NCBI RefSeq assembly: GCF_000315625.1 | Contig: NW_005434639.1 | Coordinates: 354,613 to 418,612 of the forward strand | Direction of reading: 5' to 3' | Length of the DNA: 64,000 nucleotides | Source: Guillardia theta CCMP2712 | Lineage: Eukaryota > Protista > Cryptophyta | Part shown: positions 1 through 15,653 of the stretch, one piece after another | How the letters are laid out: each line of letters starts with the position of its first letter | How positions within the stretch are numbered: position 1 is the stretch's first letter | The notes under the pieces: model-generated | Told to the model about the DNA's origin: nothing | Seen by the model: only the letters and a program-made list of their open reading frames with translations | Databases searched by the model: none | Program-made: the position numbers and the translations under genes

Positions 1-3000
1 CCGTCATCTACCAACAACACCGTGCAGTTGAAATTCCCGTTGACATTCAAGGCTGTTTGGAAGGTGAGGCTGCCGTTGGTCGGGTCGATGGAAGGCAGGC
101 GGGTGAAGGCAGCCGGCGAGCTTGAGGATACGATGAAAGTCAGCTTCTGCTGCACCTCGTCGAGAGACCCAGCAGAGATGTCATACGCAGCCCCGCCTAT
201 CGTGACCAGGCCGGCGTCCTCGAGGCGTACGAAGGTCGAGTTGATTGAGAAGGTAGGGGCCACATTCTTATCCTCTAGCACGATGCTCCGGTTTTGCTCA
301 GGGCTCTTCCCTGCGATGTTGACCGCCGTGATTGTAACGGCTAGGGTGGACTTGGGAAGGACGTCATCAAGAACGATGCTGCAGACACCCAGACAGACCG
401 TCAGGTTCTCCATCCTCTCGAAGCCGTAGTAGCTGCCGCTGGACGCTCTCGCATATCGCCCGGAGACGTTGAAATGATACTGGGCCGCTTCAAAGTCCTG
501 GCCGGGATCTTTGTATGACCACTGAATGGACACGCGATTGAGAGAGATCTGAGTAAGGACGACGTCAAAGACGCTTCGAGGTCTGCTCACGACTGCGAGC
601 TTCAAGGCCTGCTTGGTCGACACGTTGACTCCGCCGTTCATCGTCCCGCCATCGTCACGCGCAACAACAGAGAAAGTAGTCAAGCCTGTTCCTAACGACG
701 TGGCATTGAAGGATAGAGTGCCGCTCGGAGATATCGCGAGGGTGTTAAGGAGGAGGTTCTGAGGCCCGCCTAGGAAGGTGACGCTGAAGGAGATGTTCTG
801 ACTGAGATCCTCGTCAGGAGCTCCCAAGGAGATGTTGCGAAGAGCGTTGGGGACGAGGTTCGATCCGAGGTCGAGGAGGAGGAGGAGTTGGCTAGCGACG
901 ACGAAGCTCGGGGGGTCATTGACGGGACGCACCACAATGTGCAATGGAATGGGAGAGTAGTGGGTTCGGTCTCCATCCACGAGACTGATGTTCCAGAAAG
1001 CGTCTCCCGAAGCATTGCCTTCTAATTGCAGGTGAAGGCTTCCGTTTAAATCCAATGACGGCGTTACCTTGAACAAATTGTTGCTAGATTCAATCATCGC
1101 ACACTGAAAGAAGCCTTGTGAACTGACATAACTGATGTTGGTTGCAACAGAAGTAACGAAGTCAAGCTTTTTGCTATCTTCATCGGTAGTCAGGAAGGGA
1201 AGCTTCAGTACGAAGAATGTGACTGACTTCTCGGATGAAGGAATGTAGACACTCGTCGTCGAGATGTTAGTTGCCATGGGCTCCTGTGACGGCATCGCAT
1301 AAGTCGGTTCGGGTGTGGTTGAGATTACATCCGCAGCATTCGGCATGCCGGTTGCCTTTGGGGGCCATGCTGGATGAGGCAAGTCACCGAGAGTGATGAG
1401 CAACTTGCCGGCAGACGACACGTCACACTGAGGCACTTGGTTCTTGTACAAGCCATTCCAATCCTGTACCGAGTCAATGAGGTTGTTGATCCGCCAGCTG
1501 ACCAAGATGTATTGAAGCAAAGCTGTCAAGGCTTCATAGTTCTTGGAGCTCTCTAGTGCCCAGGGAAGGGAGAAGCGAGTCGACCTCAAGTCTCCGTACA
1601 AGGTGATCCATAAGGGGCCATGGAAGCCGAGGTCGACCTCGAGGCAGGACATGCGAGTCTCGTCTCCCCGCATGTCTCCATCCGACTCCACCAGTGCAGT
1701 TACAACCACAGCAGTTTTCCCTGAGACTGCCACTGACATGGCCACATCCAGCCCGGCAGTCGCAAGAGCAAATCGTTTCAAGAAGCTTGCTGGAGTGTTG
1801 TCAGGCATGTCTCGCAGGACAGCAGATGCTTTGACGTGTAGGAGGGAAGGAAATGAAGGGACGAGAAATCCGAGAGGAGCGCCTCTTCTTTCCAAGACGT
1901 CTACAGCCCCTGCATACTTCCCTCCGTTGCCCAAGCTCAAAGTGACGATGTGATCCAAGTCGACCTTGACTGGCGTGTGGGGTATAATCAGAATCGTTGT
2001 GATGGATCCATTTAACAATCTCTGTTCAGAGTTCCAGTCGTAGTCACCTCTCCCGATCAGAAGGAAGTTTTCCTCACCATCCTTTCTCAATCTGGCGGTA
2101 ACTCCATATGGTCCAGCGTTGAGACTGTACGATCCCTCTGCAGCAATTGCATACAGCTGGCGGTTGCTGATAGTCAGAAGATTTGTTACGGTCATGTTGG
2201 CATTTAACCCCTTGCCCCTCACATCATATTCAGCGATCAAGCTAAGGTCAATCAGTTCGTTTCCTAGAAGAGCGGCTCTTGAAATCAACTTCACCATTCC
2301 CCCTGGTTTGAGCATGACTAGCTCGCGGAGATCTCCACAAACATCCAGGGCAAACCAATGTCTCTCACCAATCCAAAGGCTGGCAAGAACACTTCCATGC
2401 GCATAGTCCCATCCTCGGCTCAACAAGCCTTGGATCACAAGATCAATAGAGGTCAACTTACTCTCAGCCCAGCTACTAGAAAGATGGATTTCAGACGGAA
2501 GGCAAGACCAACCAAGACAATCACCCGAAGCATTTGCAAACCCAACAAGATTATTAGATCCAATCAGAGCATTCAGTGAACTACTCCCTGCCAAACGAGC
2601 ATCCGACACCACTCCATTGAGAGACATTTCTATGTCAACCTGCCTCTTCTGGTTCCACAACGCTACCAGGCCTGGAGCCAGGTGCAGCTTCCTTTCTGTC
2701 TTGGGCTCGTCGCAGGACGGCCAGCAGCTTCCGGAGCTGCACGACAAAGAACATGCCCTGATTTGATGATAGTATGTGGAGAAGGTCAGGCCTCCGCTCG
2801 ACTCTAGGCTGCCGCCTCCTGCTAGCGGCCCGAGCCCAAGGCTTGTCGAGTAGTTGGCTGCGAGCAGCTCCTCTCTCTGCGTCACGTCATCGAATGTCGT
2901 CCCGGCCTCCGTCGACGAGCTCGAGGGCCACGGCGTGTACTGGTCGGTCTTGGTGTACTTGCCTGCTATCGACCCCGTCCAGTCGACCAGAGGCTCTGAG

Positions 3001-5786
3001 TCATAGCCCACATGGAGCACGCTTGACCCGTCCAGAGCTTCATTCAGCGTCGCCCCGTCAAGCGTCATGGTCATGTCGATCTTCTTTTTCTGGTTCCACA
3101 ACGCTACCAGGCCTGGAGCCAGGTGCAGCTTCCTTTCTGTCTTGGGCTCGTCGCAGGACGACCAGCAGCTTCCGTAGCTGCACGACGAAGAACATGCCCT
3201 GATTTGATGATAGTATGTGGAGAAGGTCAGGCCTCCGCTCGACTCTAGGCTGCCGCCTCCTGCTAGCGGCCCGAGCCCAAGGCTTGTCGAGTAGTTGGCT
3301 GCGAGCAGCTCCTCTCTCTGCGTCACGTCATCGAATGTCGTCCCGGCCTCCGTCGACGAGCTCGAGGGTATCGGCGTGTACTGGTCGGTCTTGGTGTACT
3401 TGCCTGCTATCGACCCCGTCCAGTGCAAGAGTTTGTTATTTTGGAAAAGTAAAGTGACATCTCCATTCATAGATAGCAAGTTTGCTTTCAAATTGTTGAT
3501 CAGATTTGCATCAAAGTAGATTAATTTGTGATTGTTATCCTCTACATTGAGCACTGCTCCGAAATTCCCATCTAATAGGGACATTTGTGGCCAAGATGCT
3601 CCCGCATGGATGTTCCAGTTCAGCAAGCGATGAGAATTCAATTCAAAGTTTATCTTTCCTTGCAAATCAACACTTCCTTGCCCGGGCAATATGAAACTGA
3701 GGCTCGTATCAGTTTTTAGCAGAGATCGGTTCTCCCATCGAATGTCTGCAAGAAGGAAGATTCCTTCGAATCCGTTGTTTCCAGGCTTGTTGTCTCCTAG
3801 GAAGAGGGTCACTCGGAACTTTTCTTTTCGATCTTTTCTATCTTTGGCAATAAGATTGATACTTATTTCATCATTTCGGAGTACTAACCCTCCATCAATG
3901 CTGCCGTCCAGTATCGTTGAGTCCCCGATGCTGAAGCTGACGCTAGCCAGCCCTTCGATCTTCCCCATCTCTCTGACCTCTCGTGCTAGCAAGGCAGCAT
4001 CTGCCATGTACCAATCCTGGGAGCTGGTTTGCATCTTGGAAGACAATGTCCAATTCAAAGGCAACAAGAAGAGTTGATCCACCTTGTTAAGTTGCCGCCT
4101 AGCTGCAGTATTGACCCACTCCCAATTCATGGTGCCCTGCGAGTCAACAAGTCTGACAATCGCAAACAAGATGCTTGATCCCTCTAGACTCCCCGTGCCG
4201 GTTTTACTTGCAATCCCGATGTCCACTTCCAACGAATGCTTGACGAGTACAGTGCTGCCTACCTCAACGTCCAGGGCACAAATCAGCGAGAGACTGTCGT
4301 CTAGGACATCGAGGTACGGTTGACTTTGCCCTGCATTGAATCCAATTAGTTCGTATGCCCTGACCAGGTCAATCTTTGTGAATTCGGCGACATTAGCATG
4401 ACCATATATAACCGGATCACCTTGCCCTGATAAGAAGTAACTGATGTCCGCAAAAGTTATTTCCAAGGATGGTAGTTTATGAGGATCAAAGAGAAATGAA
4501 AAATTTGGTATCTTTTGTTCTGAAATCAGATTGTTTTCCAATGAGCCACAAACCTGAAGTCTCCATCGCTGAACAAAATCAGCTTCAAAACAATTCAAAT
4601 TCTGATTCCCAACCCATCCGGATCGAGGATGCATCTTTCTATGAAAATTTGTCTGCACTGGATACAGCTTGATGAAAAATGAATTTCGGCTTCCCAACAG
4701 ATTCCGGAACAACGCTGAGCTCGAACCTGATGTCAAAAAGGTAACTGAAATCCCAGAAACAGGATGAGTGGTCAGATAGTTCGTAAAGACTTGTACAATT
4801 GGCCGGATGCTGCTGCTGTTGCATTTTCCATGAGCGCAAGTAATGAAAAAATTTGCTCGTGTTCGAGAAATCTGATCGAGATGAGTAGAGCCATTTCCCT
4901 TTTGCGAGATCAGCAGCCACTGGGTGGGTAAAGTCCCAATCCTTACAACTCCATTCGGTTGCTTTGAGCTCGATTCCTGGAACTGTGACTCGGTCCCATA
5001 AAACGCTTCGGCCCCTATATCAAAAGAGATTTCAGGGACGTGAACGTATACAGCAGAAATCAATCCACTCGAATCAAAGATTAAGGGGAGTCTGGGTTTC
5101 AAGATCAGAGCAATCTCCTCTTTAGGAACGACGAACATGCTTGCAAAATCCTTGAGATCTTCTGCTTGAAAGAGATTCAGAGCAAGGTTCAAGACAGAGG
5201 CCAAGGATTGTGAATCGGTAGATCGACGTGAAATCTTCCCCATCTCATAACTCAGGAATTTCGTGAGGTTTCTCGTCTGCGTCTTCTGATACAGACCCCA
5301 ATAGAGGTCGGCCTTCACCTCAAGGAAACATTCCACCTTGAGTCTGAGAAGCGCCCCATGCCAGGACATGAACTGCGAGAAGTCGACGTCGGTGACGTTG
5401 ACACCTCCTCGGAGCGACTGAGAGTCAGAGCTCTGACCCATGACTTGAACAGGCCCGTCGATGTTGATTTGCACAAGGTGCAGCCAATAGTAAGTTGCCG
5501 AGAGGAAAGAAACATTGCAAATCGCTGATTCAAATTGAATGTCATGCAGCATAGAAGCCTGCGAGGGGGCGGTTGCGGTTGCATTGAACACGATCGCATC
5601 TCTTTCAGAGGCGACATGCAGAACAATTCCTTGAGGATGAAGCATCATGTCTTTCTTGGGTAGGGTGAAAACGACGAAAATCGCAATGCCAGCCAAAAGA
5701 AGCAGAATCAGAGCAGCAGCTGCGAGGTACCGGTATCGACGATTCGAGACTTTCTTCATTGCCTCTTCCTCCTCAGGAGACTCCAT
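1..5786 (-). CDS. Giant intronless type-II membrane/surface protein (>1900 aa, C-terminus beyond window) with cadherin-like/Ig-like and FN3 modules
   Basis: ATG at 5786 (MESPEEEEAMKKVSNRRYRYLAAAALILLLLAGIAIFVVFTL, a signal anchor). The frame was open wherever I translated it, and the track lists no stop-terminated ORF in this frame, so it appears to run to base 1. Motifs: VVRPVNDPPSF, VVARDDGGTMNGG, NVAPTFSIN...GSLTFQTALNVNGNFNCTVLLVDD; FN3-like VSIQWS...VTITAVNIAGKS. Confidence 0.8.
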   Translation of the reverse strand, partial: MESPEEEEAMKKVSNRRYRYLAAAALILLLLAGIAIFVVFTLPKKDMMLHPQGIVLHVASERDAIVFNATATAPSQASMLHDIQFESAICNVSFLSATYYWLHLVQINIDGPVQVMGQSSDSQSLRGGVNVTDVDFSQFMSWHGALLRLKVECFLEVKADLYWGLYQKTQTRNLTKFLSYEMGKISRRSTDSQSLASVLNLALNLFQAEDLKDFASMFVVPKEEIALILKPRLPLIFDSSGLISAVYVHVPEISFDIGAEAFYGTESQFQESSSKQPNGVVRIGTLPTQWLLISQKGNGSTHLDQISRTRANFFITCAHGKCNSSSIRPIVQVFTNYLTTHPVSGISVTFLTSGSSSALFRNLLGSRNSFFIKLYPVQTNFHRKMHPRSGWVGNQNLNCFEADFVQRWRLQVCGSLENNLISEQKIPNFSFLFDPHKLPSLEITFADISYFLSGQGDPVIYGHANVAEFTKIDLVRAYELIGFNAGQSQPYLDVLDDSLSLICALDVEVGSTVLVKHSLEVDIGIASKTGTGSLEGSSILFAIVRLVDSQGTMNWEWVNTAARRQLNKVDQLFLLPLNWTLSSKMQTSSQDWYMADAALLAREVREMGKIEGLASVSFSIGDSTILDGSIDGGLVLRNDEISINLIAKDRKDRKEKFRVTLFLGDNKPGNNGFEGIFLLADIRWENRSLLKTDTSLSFILPGQGSVDLQGKINFELNSHRLLNWNIHAGASWPQMSLLDGNFGAVLNVEDNNHKLIYFDANLINNLKANLLSMNGDVTLLFQNNKLLHWTGSIAGKYTKTDQYTPIPSSSSTEAGTTFDDVTQREELLAANYSTSLGLGPLAGGGSLESSGGLTFSTYYHQIRACSSSCSYGSCWSSCDEPKTERKLHLAPGLVALWNQKKKIDMTMTLDGATLNEALDGSSVLHVGYDSEPLVDWTGSIAGKYTKTDQYTPWPSSSSTEAGTTFDDVTQREELLAANYSTSLGLGPLAGGGSLESSGGLTFSTYYHQIRACSLSCSSGSCWPSCDEPKTERKLHLAPGLVALWNQKRQVDIEMSLNGVVSDARLAGSSSLNALIGSNNLVGFANASGDCLGWSCLPSEIHLSSSWAESKLTSIDLVIQGLLSRGWDYAHGSVLASLWIGERHWFALDVCGDLRELVMLKPGGMVKLISRAALLGNELIDLSLIAEYDVRGKGLNANMTVTNLLTISNRQLYAIAAEGSYSLNAGPYGVTARLRKDGEENFLLIGRGDYDWNSEQRLLNGSITTILIIPHTPVKVDLDHIVTLSLGNGGKYAGAVDVLERRGAPLGFLVPSFPSLLHVKASAVLRDMPDNTPASFLKRFALATAGLDVAMSVAVSGKTAVVVTALVESDGDMRGDETRMSCLEVDLGFHGPLWITLYGDLRSTRFSLPWALESSKNYEALTALLQYILVSWRINNLIDSVQDWNGLYKNQVPQCDVSSAGKLLITLGDLPHPAWPPKATGMPNAADVISTTPEPTYAMPSQEPMATNISTTSVYIPSSEKSVTFFVLKLPFLTTDEDSKKLDFVTSVATNISYVSSQGFFQCAMIESSNNLFKVTPSLDLNGSLHLQLEGNASGDAFWNISLVDGDRTHYSPIPLHIVVRPVNDPPSFVVASQLLLLLDLGSNLVPNALRNISLGAPDEDLSQNISFSVTFLGGPQNLLLNTLAISPSGTLSFNATSLGTGLTTFSVVARDDGGTMNGGVNVSTKQALKLAVVSRPRSVFDVVLTQISLNRVSIQWSYKDPGQDFEAAQYHFNVSGRYARASSGSYYGFERMENLTVCLGVCSIVLDDVLPKSTLAVTITAVNIAGKSPEQNRSIVLEDKNVAPTFSINSTFVRLEDAGLVTIGGAAYDISAGSLDEVQQKLTFIVSSSSPAAFTRLPSIDPTNGSLTFQTALNVNGNFNCTVLLVDD
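2650..3422. repeat. In-frame intragenic tandem duplication, period 441 bp (147 aa)
   Basis: About 2650-2981 and 3091-3422 are near-identical; duplicated shadow ORFs start at 2774 and 3215. Confidence 0.9.
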
Positions 5787-6874
5787 CTTGGAATTATACC
5801 AGCACGCAGGGTCGAGCAAGATACAGCCTTCAAGGAGGAAATCACGCGGGTGGATTGAGGGAGTTTGACGCAGAGGAGAGAGCGAAATGCATGAGGAGAG
5901 ATCTACCAGAGGAAGGGAAGGAGGGAGAGGTGAAGGAAGTGCATGCTGGGGTGGGGGAAAGAAGGAAGTAAAAGAAAGTCGTCAAGCAGGGGGATAGGTG
6001 AGGCTGTTGACGTCACGCTCGTGGAACAAGAGGGTACGATGATACCCTTCTTGTAATAGAGACTCACCTATAAAAACTATCAGGAGCTCATGGATCCAAT
6101 GCCGTGGCCTTCGAGTGAACCGTCAAGTTTGACGGATGGGGGTAGGGTAGACCCGGCGTCGACCGAGGGGTGGGGTACTACTAATAATCTTTTTTTCGGC
6201 GACAGCACCCACCCTGTCCATACCACGAGGCTCCACCTGATGCCTCCTATATGGAAGGGGTGGTGGGTGACGCGTCATTTGAGTTTTAAAACGTCAACTT
6301 GTAGTAAAAACAGCTACCTATTTGTACAGGAAATGTAGTACTGCTGTCCTCCAGCAGTACTGGAACTGCAGACTCAGTGCAATGGTAAAATAGGTACACT
6401 CGACCATTCGGCGTACAACTGAGTGACTTATAACTTAATAATTTCGGGTAAATAGATACAGTAGTTGAAGGCCTGGACTGAGTGCTCTGAGGCCGGACGT
6501 CAGCAGGGGGTGCAGAAACAATAATAGAGGTCTTATGGATGTCCCTCTGAATAGCGTTGGGTACTACCCCCCCCCACCAAGTAGTTAACCTTGAGCAAGG
6601 GGTAAAAACCTAGGTTAAATTTACATATGTGATGCTGGTTGTTTCTCCCCAAATGAAGATGTTTTCCCGAGCCCACCTCGCCGTGTCACCACATGTGATT
6701 CCGGAGGCACTGTTGTGAGCGTTACCGCCTGTTCAATTGGACCTTGTGGGGCCTCGATACGCCGCTATAATGCCGCTTTCAATTGTACAGAGTGCGCTAA
6801 TGTCCGGCCTTTTTTTTTTACAGCATCCTTCTTTTTTTTTTCCTTTTTCTTCCCCTTCAGTACAGAAGATTACA

Positions 6875-6911
6875 GCCTTTTACTCAAAGTTAAGTCAAAA
6901 ATCATTACGAG
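6875..6911 (+). repeat. 37-bp dispersed AT-rich motif, copy 1
   Basis: gccttttactcaaagttaagtcaaaaatcattacgag matches the reverse complement of 47207-47242 at 33 of 37 positions. Confidence 0.75.
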
Positions 6912-7763
6912 TATCAGATCACGTGACGTTCTTTTTAACCTGTCCTTTCCCGTGCAGTGCCCGAGTCAAATCAAGTTCAGTGAACGCTCTACGGGACGGT
7001 CGGTGACCGGGCCCGGCCCGATGGGCCCACCGGTCACCCGGTGCCGGCGCCACTGCCGGCGATCTCAGTGAGTCACAGAGGATCACACCCGTGTAAAAGC
7101 AAACATGGAGGGGTGGGGGTGGGGGTCTTTGCAAAGGTTCATACCACGGGGTGTTTTTAGTCTTAAGTGGAGTTGAAGAATGGGGTGGGTACATGAGACC
7201 CACGCAAACTTATGGGATGGGGTTGAGGTTCCAAGCGCCCATGCGAACGAAACTAGAAGCTCTTCTCGCTCCCTCTTGCGACTATCTGACCTCAACAAGC
7301 CCCACTCCTGCTTCCTCTTCCTCCCTCCCCAACCTCACTCACCCCCTCCCGCTCTCCCTCTCTCTCTCATGCTCCCTCGCCGCCTCTTCCCCTCGGTTTC
7401 CTTTCCTCCTCTCTTCCATATTTGTCATCGTTGTTAAGCCCACCCCCGCTCCCCTGCGTATTTCCCTTTTCAAGACTCATGCTCCATTCCTGACTGCCAT
7501 CGGCATACCATACCTTATTCCTCCCTTTCGAATTCACATCAGATAACGAGGATGGCAATTTTAGCTGCAGAATGTTTCACATACCTCCTTCTTTACATAC
7601 CTCATGTCCTTTCTTGATGTCTTATTTGTTTTATGCTGTATTGTCACGGAAAATCATCGATCCACTGCTAATTCATCAGCTGAACATCAAGTGCAACCTT
7701 TTCATAGTCACTTTCATGCGCCTTGTAAGATTCATGCAGCTGTTCTGAAATGTTTTTAAAGGA

Positions 7764-10458
7764 ATGGTGCTCCAAGACGGTTTCGGGGAAGTGGTCGTGC
7801 TGTTCGGATCGCAGACAGGAAACGCAGAGGCGATCGCCGGCAGGATCAGCAAAGACATCTCGAGCAAGGGAGGGTCATGCTCGCTGCTGTGCATGAAGGA
7901 CTACGAGAAGATCGACCTGACTCTGGAGCGAGCTGTGATCGCCGTGGTGTCTACGACAGGGCAGGGAGACGCTCCGGAGAACGCGAGCAAGTTCTTCCGC
8001 TTCGTGAAGGGGAGGACGCATCCCAAGACGCTGCTTGGCGCGTGGCGGTTTGCGGTGAGGAAGGGGAGAGAGGAAAGGGGAGGGAGAGCGCAAAGCCAGT
8101 GAGGACGAGCGGGGAAGAGGCACAGGGGAGGCTGAGGGGGCAGGAGAGGCAGCGGAGAGGGGAAGGGGAGGAGGGAGATAGATGACGAGGGAGGGAGCGC
8201 AGGTGCTGGGGCTCGGGGACACGAACTACGACCAGTTCTGCAAGCCAGGCAAGGTTCTAGACAAGCGGCTGGAGGAGCTGGGAGCAAGGTAGGGAGGGGA
8301 GAGGAGGAGAAAGGACAGGAGAGGGGGACGGGGAGACGAGGGCAGGCGGGGCTGGGCGAGGGAGAAAGGGAGAGAGGGGGGAGGGAGAAAGGGAGGGAGG
8401 AGGACCGGGCAGGGGAGGAGGGAGCAGCTAGGAGGGTAGGAGGGAGGGAGGGCAGGTAGAGAGAGGCGAGGAAGTCACGCTTGGCGGGCAGGCGGCTTGT
8501 GACGGGTCCATCGGGAGCAGCGGGAGAGCACGGAGGGCCAGGAGGAGCAGCAGACGAGGCTGAGGGGGGCTTGAGGCGACGGTGGAGCCCTGGGTACAGC
8601 ACCTGTACAAGGTTCTTGACTCCCACGGTGAGCTATGCTTTCCTGTCTCTCCCTACTCACTGCCTTCAGGATGGCTGCAATCAGCCGTCAGCTTTCCGTC
8701 ACCTCCCGCCCCCTCTCAGGCTGTCCCAGAGCTCCTATTGCCTCCTGCGCAGGTCGGCAAGGATAGTGAGAGCGCAAACGAGGTGAGAGCAGCTGGGACG
8801 GCGTCGTCGCTGATCGATGGAGGAGCAGGTACCCGACAAAGACAAGGTGCATCTGATTCAGGACATCGCTGGTGGCTGGAAGGAGGTGAAGGGTGGGGAG
8901 GCGCTTCTCAAGGGCAAGTACGGTGTGCTTCCTCGACCCACCGCGTTGAACCTCAGCATCGAGGACAGCATCGAGGACAGCAGCGAGGGCTCGTCGCAGA
9001 GTCTCTCCTTCGGTGCCTCACAGCCTGGTACAAGATGATGCTGTTCTCCTCCTCCCCCTGATTCTTTGCTGGCAGAGCGACGATATCCAGCGCGCGTGAC
9101 GTCATGGCGATACCTGACCACTGAGGTGACGAAGAGGGAAAGGCGATGGCGGGGCTGACCCTATCGAGCAGCAAAGCGGAGATAGGATCGTAGTGGAGCT
9201 GGAGCTTGACATCTCCAACGTGGACTGGACGTACGCGCCTGGCGACAGCATCGGCATCGACTGCTGCAACGACGAGGAGGTTGTGAGGAAGCTTCTTGCC
9301 CGGCTGGGCGAAGACCCAGACCGAGTGGTGAAGATCAGCAGCAGCGCAGGAGGTCCGAGTGCAGCGCCTTCCTCCACTGCAGCTGTGCCGCAGCACCTGG
9401 AGGGGCTTGGGAGCATCTCGCTGCTGAGGCTGGTGCAGAGGATGGTTGACATCCGATCGATCCCCAAGAAGGCGGTGCTGAGGCTCATGGCCGATCACTG
9501 CGCCGATGCGGCAGAGGCAGACGACCTGTACCTCCTCTCCTCCATCAAGGGCAAAGATCGTTTCAAGCAGGAGATCGAGCTTGAGTGCCCCACCATCGAC
9601 GAGATCCTCGAGCGCTATCCCTCCTGCAAGCCGCCACTTGCTCTCCTTCTGCAGGTTCTCCCCGCCCTGAGCCCTCGCTTCTACTCCATCGCCAGCAGCC
9701 CCCTCGTCCAGCCCTCGCGCGTTCGCTTCGCCTTCTCTGTGGTGCGCTGGAAGACGCCCAAGGGCGTGGAGAGGAAGGGCCTTTGCACCAACTGGCTGCA
9801 CCTTCTCTGCACCGAGTGGTACAGCAAGTCGCAGATGGAGGGAGCCAGCAGCCCCGTCCTCAACGTCTTCATCGCACCCAGCAAGGAGTTCAAGCTCCCC
9901 GAGGACTCCTCCTGCCCCATCATCATGGTGGGCCCCGGCACAGGCGTCGCTCCCTTCGTCGGCTTCCTGCAGCATCGCAACACCCTCGCGGAGGAGAGGA
10001 AGGCAGAGCAGCAGTCGATGGGCGACAGATGCTTGGGGAGGTGGAGGGGGATGATGATGGAGCTCGAGGACGAGACGGTGGAGGCAGCAGCGCAGGGGCT
10101 CATGTGGCTCTTCTTCGGGTGCAGGCATCCGGATCACGACTACCTGTACAAGCAGGAGCTGGAGAGGCTCCAGCGGGAGGAGGCGATGCTCCTTTCCGTT
10201 GCCTTCTCGCGGCTCTCGGACAAGAAGGTCTACGTGCAGCACAAGATGGAGGAGGCGGGCGAGGAACTCGTGAAGCTCCTCCTCCGTCCTGACTCGCTCC
10301 TGTACGTCTGCGGGGACGGGGCGCACATGGCCAAGGACGTGAGGTCGACGGTAGTGAAGCTGCTGGCGAAGCACGGGGAGATGGAGGCGGCGGAGGCTGA
10401 GAAGCTTGTGACCGGGTGGATGCACAAGGGGAAGTACTTGCAGGACATCTGGTCGTAA
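7764..10458 (+). CDS. MTRR: Methionine synthase reductase (diflavin FMN/FAD/NADPH reductase), multi-exon
   Basis: Flavodoxin [46 protein letters not shown]; [77 protein letters not shown]. No N-terminal TM anchor. Confidence 0.85.
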
Positions 10459-10478
10459 ATCGCTCTGCTCCTCTCCCT

Positions 10479-14268
<3,790 letters not shown>

Positions 14269-14578
14269 GGCCCTGGGACTCAAATGTTTCAATTTTACTC
14301 AACTGCGAGCAAGAAAATGCGCCATGCCGCGTTGGCTGCGATTGAACGGGAGGATCCTTGAGGGAGGGAGGAGAGGTCTAGGAGGAGGAGGAACAGGCGT
14401 GAGAGCGGCAGGAGGAGGAGCACGAGGGACAGCAGGATCGGCGGCTGTGAAGGTTGACCTGGAAGGCAACAGAGACGTCGCAAGGGGAGAGGGCGAGGCG
14501 TGGAGCGTGGACGGGCGGGTTGGAGTGCTTCGAGTCCTTGCTTGGCATCTCACAAGACGCGCGGGCGATGAGCGAGAA

Positions 14579-15653
14579 ATGAAGAGAGAAGGTCGGAGAG
14601 CTCAGGTGGACTTGAGAACAGAAGCAAAGGTGAGAGCAGGCGAGTTGGGGAAGGAGGAAGTGGAGGATGGAGGAAGAAGCAGCCTGATATCGTCTTGTGT
14701 CAGGTTCTTAGCCCGTTGATCTCTCAGTGGAAGAAGCTCTACGAGCATGGCGAGGTCGATGCTGCCAGCTTCGCGGGTGCGTTCGTTCTCGCCTACCTGA
14801 GCGTCAGGCATGGGCGCTGGACGGGGGGTCGGCTGGATGCCTCGGCTTACGGGGGAGGAGCCGTGCAGGACGTCAAGTCAAGTCCCGTGCGGAAGTTCGA
14901 GGGGCTGGAGGAGCTGCTGGGAGACGTCTCGCGATGGTTCAAGGAGGAGGAGCAGGAGGAGCTGACTGTGCTCGATATCCTCTCAACTCTCAAGCTCGAC
15001 GGCATCAAGAAGAACAAGGATAACCTTGCCAACCGCTCCCTCGTCTGCTGGCTCTTGGCTGCCCGCCCCTTCGTGCTCATGTTCCGCATCCCCTCCCCGA
15101 TCGAGGTGCTCAAGATGCAGGCGAGGGGGGAGCGAGTGGTGACGATGTTGACGAGCGAGGAGGAGCTGAGCTCCAAGCACACGGCTCCTCTGCGGTACAT
15201 GGAGGGCGAGAAACTGCACAGCCGGGATGCTCTAGAGTTTCTCGTCCACGACCTCGCGCACATGGAGAAGTTCGTGGACAAGGAAGTGTATGAGGAGCAG
15301 TGGGATTCTTCCGGAGCATGCTGGAGCTGGACGAGGAGGGGCCTCGCCGGTTCCTGCGGAGGTTCGGAGGGGACGAGCAGCTGTGGGCAGAGGTGGAGTA
15401 CTGCATCTCAGACATGAACTGCTGCTGCACGCACCTGCTCAAGTACCTCAAGGCTAAGCTCTTCCTTGCCCGCGATCGCTCCTCCTCCTTCCTCTTCCAC
15501 GCCTGCTGGGCCGAACTGCTCCGCTCCTTCGGAGTCGAAAGAGGGTCGAAGGAGGAGGAGGCAATGGAGGGCGTGGGGTTCAGAGCGATGCGGGAGGACG
15601 AGTCTGATTGCATCCGCAAACACTTCAGGTCGCGTGCGGGGCTGAACAAGTGA
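14579..15653 (+). CDS. Uncharacterised protein with FLVHDLAHMEKF / EQVGFF / ISDMN motifs; apparent 1-nt frameshift at about 15300
   Basis: Exon MKREGRRAQVDLRTEAK, intron about 14630-14703, then ORFs 14695-15417 and 15300-15653, which join as EEQ-VGFF if one G is restored. Confidence 0.6.

Noticed and set aside
8560-8590. Programmed frameshift or pseudogenisation of MTRR (also the break at 15300)
   Set aside because: Both are single-base shifts in or beside G runs within otherwise intact genes; sequencing or consensus indels are the simplest explanation.
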